From contig JAJEDD010000034.1 in NCBI GenBank assembly GCA_022821685.1, forward strand, positions 25,811 to 89,810: a stretch of DNA of 64,000 bases. Direction: 5' to 3'. The notes under the pieces were generated by a model. The model was not told the origin of the DNA. It made no database searches and saw only the letters and a program-made list of their open reading frames with translations. The translations under genes and the position numbers were made by a program. The first letter of the stretch is position 1, and the number at the start of each line of letters is the position of its first letter. Origin of the DNA: Acidimicrobiia bacterium (lineage in GTDB: Bacteria; Actinomycetota; Acidimicrobiia; Acidimicrobiales; Aldehydirespiratoraceae). Positions 9,522 through 17,096 of the stretch are shown here, piece after piece.

Positions 9522-9809
9522 GTGCCCGGCCGCGCGGACATGCAGACCGACCAGCGCGCTGAGCGCCTAAGGGTCATGCTGTTCGACGGAATCGAGGACG
9601 CCGAAGAGTCCGTCGCAAGCATTGCGAGGCGGTGTGACCTCGGCCATGAGACCATCCGACGGCTCTATCGAAATCCGGGAACCCGTCTGAGGACCGGCCC
9701 ATCCTTCTTCGTCGTAGCAGCCATTGCTCGCGCCCGTGGGCTGTCGCTCGACTCCCTAGCCGAGCGTGTCATGCAGGAACCGGCTGGACAGGAAGTCGTC
9801 GGTCAGTGA
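9522..9809 (+). CDS. XRE/Cro-like helix-turn-helix DNA-binding protein
   Basis: ESVASIARRCDLGHETIRRLYRN...FFVVAAIARARGLSLDSLAE. The start could be ATG 9540 (MQTDQ). Confidence 0.6.
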   Translation: MPGRADMQTDQRAERLRVMLFDGIEDAEESVASIARRCDLGHETIRRLYRNPGTRLRTGPSFFVVAAIARARGLSLDSLAERVMQEPAGQEVVGQ

Positions 9810-10470
9810 CACTTCCCCGACCGGCACGGACAACAAGGGGGAGGATGTGCTGGGCTCACCCCTAGAGGTAGCGCTTGCTTCGTTTTCTCGCTTGACAGGA
9901 CTTCCTGTCGTCCAATTCTCGATCGATGGGTCAGAAATGCTTGGAGCGTTGGAGATCTGCCCATCCGAGCACGAGCGCCGAAGGCAGGCCGGCGTTGGAG
10001 GCATCACCTCCACGGCATTGCTGCACGGCCTCTGGCTGTTGCCCCCGCATGGACCAACGCCGTCGGGGATGCTCCCTGAAATCAAGGTCCAGCGGTTGCG
10101 CGCCGCTCCACACGCTGCCGTCGAGACGGACGAGGGGTTTGAATTGACCTACTCGCCGCCAGGGATGTTGCGGTCGGTCGCCTTGCGCAGCCGGAGCGTG
10201 GAGCGAGCCGTGGATCGAGCAGCTCGGTTCACCCCGATCGTCGAGAGATTCGTGTTGGTTGACGAGACCCAGCAGCCTGTCGCATCGCCCACCGAGTGCG
10301 TAGCCCGAGAGTGGGGGGTCGGAATCATCTCTCTGTGCTGCGGGGATTCCCCGGAGGTCCTGGTACCTGCAAGCCCCGCGGAGACCGGCATCCCTAGCGT
10401 GTATCGCTGGTGGGTGGCCGAGCTTGCCTACGAGCGCTATCTCTACGAGAGCACCCAGCCGGTCAGCTGA
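9766..10470 (+). CDS. hypothetical protein (start uncertain; GTG 9847 possible)
   Basis: Long ORF in an accessory, more AT-rich region. It overlaps the HTH gene end and is convergent with 10443..11465. No family recognised; ends ...SVYRWWVAELAYERYLYES. Confidence 0.4.
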   Translation: MSCRNRLDRKSSVSDTSPTGTDNKGEDVLGSPLEVALASFSRLTGLPVVQFSIDGSEMLGALEICPSEHERRRQAGVGGITSTALLHGLWLLPPHGPTPSGMLPEIKVQRLRAAPHAAVETDEGFELTYSPPGMLRSVALRSRSVERAVDRAARFTPIVERFVLVDETQQPVASPTECVAREWGVGIISLCCGDSPEVLVPASPAETGIPSVYRWWVAELAYERYLYESTQPVS

Positions 10471-11465
10471 GCCTTTGGCTTTTCAGGACCGTTGAAACCG
10501 GCACGGTCGTACCACTTGGTGGCGATTCGACATTGGCCGAGGAACTCGGAAGCTCGATCTGACTTCGGAGCGTTGATTACGTAGTCCGCCAGATCTGCAA
10601 GCGCGTTCATGTTGTGCCAGTCGGCATCGAGATCGGCATCAAGGAACCGAGCGAGCGACTGCCCATGGCAGCACGGGAGGTTACAGACAATGGCCTCCCC
10701 TGCGGCCGTCCAGCCTGCGACACCGCTGGCCAAGAACCAGTCGAGCAGCGGGCGAACGAATAGGCGAGCCGATTGCCCCGGCCGGCGCCAGGCTCCCTTG
10801 ACAGGGGGTGCGTAGTGACGTGTCGAGGTCGTCAGTCCGACCGACGCGTGCCGGGCACCGAATGCCAAGGCTCCGATGGCCCCGTGATCGCTTCGCAGCA
10901 GTGACACCCGGTTGACCCGCTGAGCCACACGACGCAGACCCTGAACGGCGCCGGGTTCGGAGAGTGGGTCACCTCGATGGGCGAACACGAGTGCGACAGG
11001 CTGGTTCGCCGACATCAGCGTGTCGATCACGACTTCAGCCTTCCTGGCGATCCAGCGGGCATCGATAGCGAACAGCATCGTTGCCTCCAAGCCCGCGGCA
11101 ATTCGGCTCTGCTCCTGCACGGTCCCAATGAACTCGATGTTGTCGCTCCGGTCCCAGGCCAAGAACGCACCCGGCAAGAGTGGGCAGACTGCCCCAATCG
11201 CACGCTGTGCGCCTACCCAGCCGTCGCGAGCAGGCAAGTCCATGTCTGCGTATCCCATCCCGTCGAACAGCACGGAACAGTCGAGTCCCAAGTCGCGCAG
11301 TTTTCTGACGATCTCGGGTCCTCCAGGCCCTGCGACCGTGATAGCGCCAGCCAGATCAGCCGCAGCTGCAGCTATCTGGGGATCCCGATTACATCGGGCC
11401 GCCGTCAAGTAGAACGAGAACGTTGGTCTTGGGGCCTCCACGAGCCACTCTGCCATCGCCATCAC
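10443..11465 (-). CDS. uncharacterised 340-aa protein, third gene of the higB/higA-immA operon
   Basis: ATGA start/stop overlap with the upstream gene at 11462..11465. Regular beta/alpha alternation (FSFYLTA, AITVAG, SVLFDGMGY, AFLAWD, MLFAIDARW, VALVFAH, VSLLRSD, ALAFGA) and a C-terminal Cys/His cluster CNLPCCHG...WH. No family confidently recognised. Confidence 0.6.
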   Translation of the reverse strand: MMAMAEWLVEAPRPTFSFYLTAARCNRDPQIAAAAADLAGAITVAGPGGPEIVRKLRDLGLDCSVLFDGMGYADMDLPARDGWVGAQRAIGAVCPLLPGAFLAWDRSDNIEFIGTVQEQSRIAAGLEATMLFAIDARWIARKAEVVIDTLMSANQPVALVFAHRGDPLSEPGAVQGLRRVAQRVNRVSLLRSDHGAIGALAFGARHASVGLTTSTRHYAPPVKGAWRRPGQSARLFVRPLLDWFLASGVAGWTAAGEAIVCNLPCCHGQSLARFLDADLDADWHNMNALADLADYVINAPKSDRASEFLGQCRIATKWYDRAGFNGPEKPKAQLTGWVLS

Positions 11466-12547
11466 GACATCAACCCCGCATCTTGAAGGTCAGGGCGGAC
11501 CTTGGGGATGTGAGCACGGTGAAGGCTCCAATTGTCAGTGAGCCGCTGGATCTGTCCGATGACCACACTCGGATGCACCTGATGATCCGTCGCGGTCTGC
11601 GCGATTTCGGAAACCGTGGTCGACCTCATCATCAGCTTGCCGGGAAACAGCCAGGTTGACGCTTGCTCGTCGGCAGCGATCTCGTCAGGATGGGTCTTGG
11701 TCACCGTGAGGTCATCGTCAACAATGGCGCCGGACTGCGGGGTGATGTGACCGAGCGTCAGATGCGCGCACTCATGGAGCAAGGTGAACAACAAGCTGTC
11801 GAACCGGTTGCCGCGCGTCGTTAGACCGATCGCCGGACGACCGTCACTGAGGAAGGTAACTGCACCGTCGAGCTTGCCCCCTCGAAGCCCCTCGCAAAAG
11901 ACGAGGCAGACACCACACTCACCAAGAAGAGCGGGAAGCCGCTGGAGTTCACCAGGTCCGTTCCGCAGCAGGCGCGATAGGCGCTGCGCGAGCGCTCCGA
12001 GAGCCTCGACATCGAAGCGTTCAACCTGCTGGAGCTCGGCCATACGACGTACGCGGCCGAGCCATGCGGACTGCCGGAGCGTGATCGGTTCGGTGCGGTT
12101 GGAGCGTCTCGCAGCCACGGCGAACGCCGGCCTCTCTTCAAGAGACTCGATCTCGAGAAGATGGCATACTGCTGACTCTGTTTCATCGAGATCGCTCGTG
12201 TCGGGGATCCACCCCCGCGACCGCACTTGAGCCAGCGGAATCGCGCTGCGTAGGAGCGCCCGGCGAGCCACCGGCGCGAGATCGACACGGTCCGCCGCCG
12301 TGCGGTGCTGGTGCAAGCGATACCGCGTCTGAAGGTTCAGCCACACCTCGGGCGTCGTGCCGAGCGCCGCGGAGATGGCCATCGCTGTCTCAGCAGTGAT
12401 CTCCTTCTTGGCGTTGAGGATTTCCGACACAGCCTGGATGGGCCGGCCGATGATCTCCGAGAACTCAGTCACAGTCCAGCCTCGCTCCTCCAGTTCGTCA
12501 CGGAGGTACTCGCCGGGCGGGAATGCGTGAGCGGGAGTCTGGGCCAT
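11462..12547 (-). CDS. HigA-like XRE HTH antitoxin domain fused to an ImmA/IrrE-type zinc metallopeptidase domain
   Basis: N-terminus: PPGEYLRDELEERGWTVTEFSEIIGRPIQAVSEILNAKKEITAETAMAISAALGTTPEVWLNLQ (HigA/VapI type). C-terminus: LLHECAHLTLGH (HExxH). I prefer ATG 12547, preceded by GGGAGAAAG, over the ORF-track start at 12580. Confidence 0.75.
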   Translation of the reverse strand: MAQTPAHAFPPGEYLRDELEERGWTVTEFSEIIGRPIQAVSEILNAKKEITAETAMAISAALGTTPEVWLNLQTRYRLHQHRTAADRVDLAPVARRALLRSAIPLAQVRSRGWIPDTSDLDETESAVCHLLEIESLEERPAFAVAARRSNRTEPITLRQSAWLGRVRRMAELQQVERFDVEALGALAQRLSRLLRNGPGELQRLPALLGECGVCLVFCEGLRGGKLDGAVTFLSDGRPAIGLTTRGNRFDSLLFTLLHECAHLTLGHITPQSGAIVDDDLTVTKTHPDEIAADEQASTWLFPGKLMMRSTTVSEIAQTATDHQVHPSVVIGQIQRLTDNWSLHRAHIPKVRPDLQDAGLMS

Positions 12548-12563
12548 GTTCGTCGCTTTCTCC

Positions 12564-12863
12564 CTAGTAGTGGTTGGCAACCTCGACCACGATCAGCAGG
12601 CGTCCTTGGGCGTCTGACTCAACCCGCAGGATGAGTCGCCACTGACGGTTGAGCCGGATCGAGTGCTGCCCGGCGCGGCCCCCGCGAAGCTTCTCGAAGT
12701 GCAGTGCCTTGTAGTTGCGCAGGTCGGTCTCGGACTCGGCTTCTTCCAGGAACGCGACCTTCTTGCGGAACGCTCTGGTGACTTCCGGCCCGAACCTGGG
12801 CAAGGCGAAGTCGTGCTCCTCATGCAGCCGTCGGAGAGCATCGTCCTCGAATCGGATTCGCAT
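12564..12863 (-). CDS. higB: HigB-type (RelE/ParE superfamily, plasmid-maintenance-killer family) toxin
   Basis: MRIRFEDDALRRL...FRKKVAFLEEAESETDLRNYKALHFEKLRGGRAGQHSIRLNRQWRLIL. 99 aa, immediately upstream of the HigA-like gene. Confidence 0.7.
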   Translation of the reverse strand: MRIRFEDDALRRLHEEHDFALPRFGPEVTRAFRKKVAFLEEAESETDLRNYKALHFEKLRGGRAGQHSIRLNRQWRLILRVESDAQGRLLIVVEVANHY

Positions 12864-12865
12864 AT

Positions 12866-12892
12866 GTTCACACCTTCACCCTATAGGTGAAC
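12866..12892. promoter_or_regulatory. operator/promoter candidate upstream of higB
   Basis: GTTCACaccTTCACCctataGGTGAAC, a nested inverted and direct TTCAC half-site arrangement plus a TATAGG -10-like hexamer, 3 nt upstream of the higB ATG. Confidence 0.45.
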
Positions 12893-13034
12893 ACTACTAG
12901 ATGCAAGCACTGGTCCAGCGTGTCCTTGGTTGGTGCCGTGTGGTCCACCGCTATCGACAGAACACGATGGTGATTCGATCAGCACCACCCATTGGAGGAC
13001 AACTGCCTAGCCGACCCGCAAGCGATTCTGGCGG

Positions 13035-13385
13035 ATGGGCTGGGAGCAGCGCCAGACCCTTGTCCACAGGGCCGACGACTTGTTCCGGCTCCAGCACCGC
13101 TCGCTGATGCGACTTACCGCACTTGCAGAGTTGCACCAAGTGCTTCATGAGGGCGGTCATCCCACCCCGGCTCGTACCAGTGAATCGCCTCGACAGGAGT
13201 CCGGGTGGTTGGAGCATGCCAACGCTCTAGCCGATTGGGCGCAGCAGTGGCTGGCTTCAAAGGCCAGCGGCGAGGATCGTCTCACGGGCCTGGCCGCGGC
13301 GATTGAGGACCACCTGGGCGTGGACGTGATGGCAGAGAGCTTGGGCGAAGATGCGCCGCTGGGCCTGTCAATCACAGATCCGTGA
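13035..13385 (+). pseudogene. possible gene remnant at the island edge (hypothetical)
   Basis: 116-aa ORF. Its tail ...AAIEDHLGVDVMAESLGEDAPLGLSITDP resembles the region just before the core of ImmA/IrrE-type peptidases, but it stops where prmA begins. Weak call. Confidence 0.2.
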
Positions 13386-14212
13386 GGCTGTCGCGCTGCG
13401 ACACTGGGGTGATGATTGTGGTGGCTACCACTGTCGGCGAGTTGGCTGGGGTTCTTGGGCGGCTCCGGGATGTTGGTGTGCGCTCGTTGGAGGTGGTGGA
13501 GCCTGGGGCTGCTCGGCGAGTGGTGGTGGCGGCACTTGACGACGAAGCTGGCGCAGCCGGGCTGGCGGCGATGCTTCGAGCCGAGGGCCTGGCGGCGGTG
13601 ACGAAGCCTCAGGGCGGCGCGGCGCTGGAAAGGTGGGTCAGCGACACTCGACCGGTCTGCTTCGGTGGCCGGCTCACGGTTTGTCCGGCCTGGTCTGAGC
13701 ATGATCGTCGCGATTGGCCGGGGCTGATCGAGTTGGGCTTCGGCGGGTTCGGCAACGGCCGCCATCCCACCACCCGTCAGATGATCGAGGTGCTGCTGGA
13801 GCGGATCACTGGTGGCGAGCGGGTTCTCGATGTCGGCTGCGGCAGCGGGATTCTGGGGTTGTGCGCCCTGCGGCTGGACGCGGCCCGGGTCGTGGCGGTC
13901 GACGTCGCCGACGAGGCGGTCCAAGCCGCGAGGCGCAACGCGGCCATCAACTCCGTGGACTCCCAGCTGGAAGCGACGCTTGCACCTCTCGCGGAAGTCG
14001 AGGGCCGATTCGACGCTGTGGTGGCCAACATCGCCAGAGCGGGCGTCGCGGCGCTTGCCGAGGAACTGGTGTCGCACACTGCGCCGGGCGGCTGGCTCGC
14101 CGTCGGCGGCATCTCGCCGTCACAGTGCTCCCAAGCAGCCGGCTTTCTGAGCCCCCTAGTCGAAGTGGAGCGCCGAACCGAAGGCGAATGGTCCACCCTC
14201 GTGCTCAGCTGA
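13382..14212 (+). CDS. prmA: ribosomal protein L11 methyltransferase-like SAM-dependent methyltransferase
   Basis: LTVCPAWSEHD, FGNGRHPTTRQ, RVLDVGCGSGILGL, VAVDVADEAVQAARRNAAIN. Start uncertain (GTG 13382 or an internal Met). Confidence 0.7.
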   Translation: MRLSRCDTGVMIVVATTVGELAGVLGRLRDVGVRSLEVVEPGAARRVVVAALDDEAGAAGLAAMLRAEGLAAVTKPQGGAALERWVSDTRPVCFGGRLTVCPAWSEHDRRDWPGLIELGFGGFGNGRHPTTRQMIEVLLERITGGERVLDVGCGSGILGLCALRLDAARVVAVDVADEAVQAARRNAAINSVDSQLEATLAPLAEVEGRFDAVVANIARAGVAALAEELVSHTAPGGWLAVGGISPSQCSQAAGFLSPLVEVERRTEGEWSTLVLS

Positions 14213-15143
14213 GCAGGTGCTCTATTTCGGCTGGGGTTGGCAGGGAGGGCTGGGCGCCGTGGCGCAGCGTGGTGGCCGCTCCCACCTTGACCGCCCACTC
14301 CGCCGCGCTCACCAGATCGGCGCCGGACACGAGCGCGTCGGCCAGCGCGGCGCAGAAGGCGTCGCCTGCCGCGGTGGTGTCGACGGGCACGACCGTCGGC
14401 GCAGGCACATGGGTGGCATCGGTGGGGGTTACCACCATGGCGCCGGCCGCGCCCAGGGTCACCACCGCAGCCGCCACCGGCAGCCCTCGGGCCAGCGCCA
14501 CCGCGGTCTCGGGGTCGACGCCGCCGATGGGGGAGAGTCCGGCGTGTCCCGCCATGGTGGCCAGTTCGGTCTGGTTGGGCACGATCACGTCCACCCTGTC
14601 GAGCAGTTCGGCGGGAAGCGGCGCCGCCGGCGCGGGCGCGGGGTTGAGCACCACCGTGCCGCGGGCGCAGCGCACTGCGGCCGCCACCGCCTCCAGCGGC
14701 ACCTCCAGCTGCAGCAGCGCCACCGCGGCGGCGCCGAGCACATCAGCCGCGCGCTCTACGTCGTCGGAGCTGAGGCGGCCGTTGGCGCCCGGGCTCACCA
14801 CGATGGCGTTGTCGCCGTCGGTGCCCACCGCGATCAGGGCGGTGCCGCTGGCGGTGCCGTCGGTGGTGAGCAGGCCGGCGGTGTCGACGCCGCTGGAGTC
14901 CATGGCGGCGCGCAGCATCGCGCCGGCGTCGTCGTCGCCGACCCGCCCGATCATGGCGACCCGCCGGCCCAGGCGCGACGCGGCCACGGCCTGGTTGGCC
15001 CCTTTGCCTCCGGGAATACGCCGCAGGTCGCCGCCGCGGACCGTCTCGCCCGCCACCGGCACCGTCTCCACCTCCACCACCAGGTCGAGGTTGGCGCTGC
15101 CCACGACGACGACCTCCGGCCCGGCCCGCGGGTCATCGGCCAT
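14205..15143 (-). CDS. rbsK: ribokinase (PfkB family)
   Basis: VVVVGSANLDLVVEVETVPVAGETV, IPGGKGANQAVAASRLG, C-terminal DTTAAGDAFCAAL. Start set at ATG 15143 (MADDPRAG). The ORF-track N-terminal extension to 15647 overlaps the cyclase gene out of frame. Confidence 0.85.
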   Translation of the reverse strand: MADDPRAGPEVVVVGSANLDLVVEVETVPVAGETVRGGDLRRIPGGKGANQAVAASRLGRRVAMIGRVGDDDAGAMLRAAMDSSGVDTAGLLTTDGTASGTALIAVGTDGDNAIVVSPGANGRLSSDDVERAADVLGAAAVALLQLEVPLEAVAAAVRCARGTVVLNPAPAPAAPLPAELLDRVDVIVPNQTELATMAGHAGLSPIGGVDPETAVALARGLPVAAAVVTLGAAGAMVVTPTDATHVPAPTVVPVDTTAAGDAFCAALADALVSGADLVSAAEWAVKVGAATTLRHGAQPSLPTPAEIEHLLS

Positions 15144-15160
15144 GGCCCGAGGCGCGGGGC

Positions 15161-16123
15161 TCACAGGACGGCCACCGGGTTGACGGGGGAGCCGCAGCCG
15201 CCCACGAAGGGCTCCGGGTTGGCTTGCAGCAAGAACTCGTAGCGCTGCTCTTCGGCGCAGGCCGACGCCAGGGCCTCCAGATCCCAGTTCTGGCCCTGGG
15301 TCATGCCCATGTCCACCACATGCAGGCAGTGCACGCCCAGAGCGTCGTGGAAGCTCGGGCCGGGGAAGACTTCGAAGATGTAGGTGTCGTTGGCCACCGC
15401 GGCTACGTCGTTGCGCCAGAACCAGCGCACCGCGTCGAAGCCGGGCCCCGGGCTGGTCCCGTCGGCTTCGGGCCCGGTCACGTAGGGCTGCGCCCCCATC
15501 TCGCGGAACACCTGGATCCGACCGGTGCGCAGCAGCACGATGTCGCCGGGCCGCATGGCCACCCCGGCGTGCTCGGCCGCCTCGTCGAGGTCGTCGCCGG
15601 TGACTTCGTGATCGCTGGCGAGCCGGTCGAGGCCCTTGGCCGCGCAAACGTCGAGCAGCACGCCCCGTCCGGTGAGGTGGCGGACGTTCTCGATCCCGAG
15701 CACGGTGGCGCCGCCGGTGGGTTTGATCGACGAGACCGGCACCCCGTTGTAGAGGGTGTTGTCGTAGCTCACATGAGAGAGGCCGTCCCAGTGAGTGGCG
15801 GCCTGCAGGGGCATGGTCACGATGTCGTCAGAGAAGTGGGCGACCATTCCGGTGCCGTCGGGGTCGCCCAGATCGGGTCTGTGGATCTTGACCATGGTGT
15901 GCAGCGGGTTGATCCGCCCGTGCATCTGGCCGGTCTGCACGCCGCCGGAGTGCTTGAGGTCGAGTGCGCACGACACCCGCCGGCCGGTGCGCACCAGCGA
16001 GGAGGCGTGGGCCACCGCGTCGTCGGTGATCAGGTTGAGCGTGCCGAGGCGGTCGTCGTCGCCCCAGCGCCCCCAGTTGCGCACCTCGTCGCGCACCGCG
16101 AAGAAGGCATCGGTGAAGCTCAC
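15161..16123 (-). CDS. putative cyclase-family protein (kynurenine-formamidase-like fold)
   Basis: VRNWGRWGDDDRLGTLNLIT, ATHWDGLSHV, GDIVLLRTG; 320 aa; 17 nt upstream of rbsK. Confidence 0.75.
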   Translation of the reverse strand: MSFTDAFFAVRDEVRNWGRWGDDDRLGTLNLITDDAVAHASSLVRTGRRVSCALDLKHSGGVQTGQMHGRINPLHTMVKIHRPDLGDPDGTGMVAHFSDDIVTMPLQAATHWDGLSHVSYDNTLYNGVPVSSIKPTGGATVLGIENVRHLTGRGVLLDVCAAKGLDRLASDHEVTGDDLDEAAEHAGVAMRPGDIVLLRTGRIQVFREMGAQPYVTGPEADGTSPGPGFDAVRWFWRNDVAAVANDTYIFEVFPGPSFHDALGVHCLHVVDMGMTQGQNWDLEALASACAEEQRYEFLLQANPEPFVGGCGSPVNPVAVL

Positions 16124-16210
16124 CGCGCCTGCGGCGCCCGCCAGCAGAAAGCCAGTGCGGACCTCACGGTCGCGATACTAGCTTTGGCCCATGTTCGCCC
16201 CGGCCCTCGA

Positions 16211-16306
16211 CACCCGTGAGACCGCGGCGACTGGGGTAGGAGGCACCCATGAGACTGCGGTGATCCGTGATGCTGCGGTGTCCGGCACCCATGAGGCCGC
16301 GGTGAG
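16211..16306 (+). repeat. four short direct repeats (consensus CACCCRTGAGRCYGCGGTGA) in the cyclase/nfeD divergent region
   Basis: Units start at 16211, 16244, 16265 (partial) and 16286, with spacing 33/21/21 bp. Confidence 0.6.
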
Positions 16307-16318
16307 TGGAGTAGCCCG

Positions 16319-16858
16319 ATGACCTGGCTGTATACCTTCCTGCTGGCGGCCGGAGCGCCGGTGCTGCTGTGGTTCGTGTTCAGCGGCGGCGACGCCGAGG
16401 CGGACGCGGGCGCGGAGGCCGACGGGCTGTCGGACGTGTTCTCGGTGATACCGCTGAGCAGCCTCGCCTTCGTGGCCACGTTCTTCGGCGCCACTGGGCT
16501 GGTGTCGGAGTGGCTCGGAACCGGCGCGGTGTTCACCCTGCTGCTGGCTCTTGTGGTCGGGGTGCTGGCCGGTGCGCTCAACAGCGCCGCCTTCGCCTAC
16601 CTGCGCCGCAGCGAGGCCTCCAGCGATGTGAGCGACCAGGAGATCGAGGGCAGCATTGCCCGGGTGTCTCTGCCGATGTCGAACGAGCAGCGGGGCCGCA
16701 TCGTGCTCACCGTGGCCGGCGCCCGCACCCAGATGACGGCCGCCCCCATCGATCCCCTCGACGACGGCCGGGCCATCGAGGCCGGGGCGCGGGTCATCGT
16801 GGTGCGCATCGAGGGCGGCGTCGCCCTTGTCACCCGCCTCGACCCCGAACTGGAATAG
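16319..16858 (+). CDS. NfeD-family membrane protein
   Basis: N-terminal TM helices plus a C-terminal OB-like tail: GSIARVSLPMSNEQRGRIVLTVAGARTQMTAAP...ARVIVVRIEGGVALV. Sits upstream of a flotillin gene, the classic nfeD-SPFH pairing. Confidence 0.7.
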   Translation: MTWLYTFLLAAGAPVLLWFVFSGGDAEADAGAEADGLSDVFSVIPLSSLAFVATFFGATGLVSEWLGTGAVFTLLLALVVGVLAGALNSAAFAYLRRSEASSDVSDQEIEGSIARVSLPMSNEQRGRIVLTVAGARTQMTAAPIDPLDDGRAIEAGARVIVVRIEGGVALVTRLDPELE

Positions 16859-16861
16859 CCG

Positions 16862-16955
16862 CGCGAATTCCCGCTCTTGTTCGCAGCGCTCACGGGCCGC
16901 CCAAACCACAGCGTCACAGCCCACGGCCTCGCCCGTATGGGCCGGACTCGCTCAC
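16862..16955 (+). mobile_element. MITE-like repeat, copy B (truncated at both ends)
   Basis: aattcccgctcttgttcgcagcgctcacgggccgcccaaaccacagcgtcacagcccacggcctcgcccgtatgggccggactcgctcac. Starts 4 nt after the nfeD stop and is joined head-to-tail to copy C. Confidence 0.6.
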
Positions 16956-17096
16956 TAAGAGGGAGCGCAAATAGGTGAGAGCCGGTCGCGTCGCAGCGGG
17001 GTCATTCCCGCTCTTGTTCGCTGCGCTCACGGGCCGCTCGGGCCACGGCCTCGCCCGTATGGGCCGGAATCGCTCACCTATTCGCTCGGCCTCTAA
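16956..17096 (+). mobile_element. MITE-like repeat, copy C (reference full-length copy, ~141 bp)
   Basis: 5' end TAAGAGGGAGCGCAAATAGGTGAG and 3' end CTCACCTATTCGCTCGGCCTCTAA form imperfect ~25-bp terminal inverted repeats. Internal hairpins: CGCAGCG...CGCTGCG, GCGGG...CCCGC, ACGGGC...GCCCGT. Confidence 0.7.

Noticed and set aside
15144-15647. N-terminal 167-codon extension of the ribokinase ORF in the track (480 aa).
   Set aside because: It overlaps the cyclase-family gene out of frame and its composition is Arg/Pro/Gly junk. The ribokinase family signature starts right after the Met at 15143.
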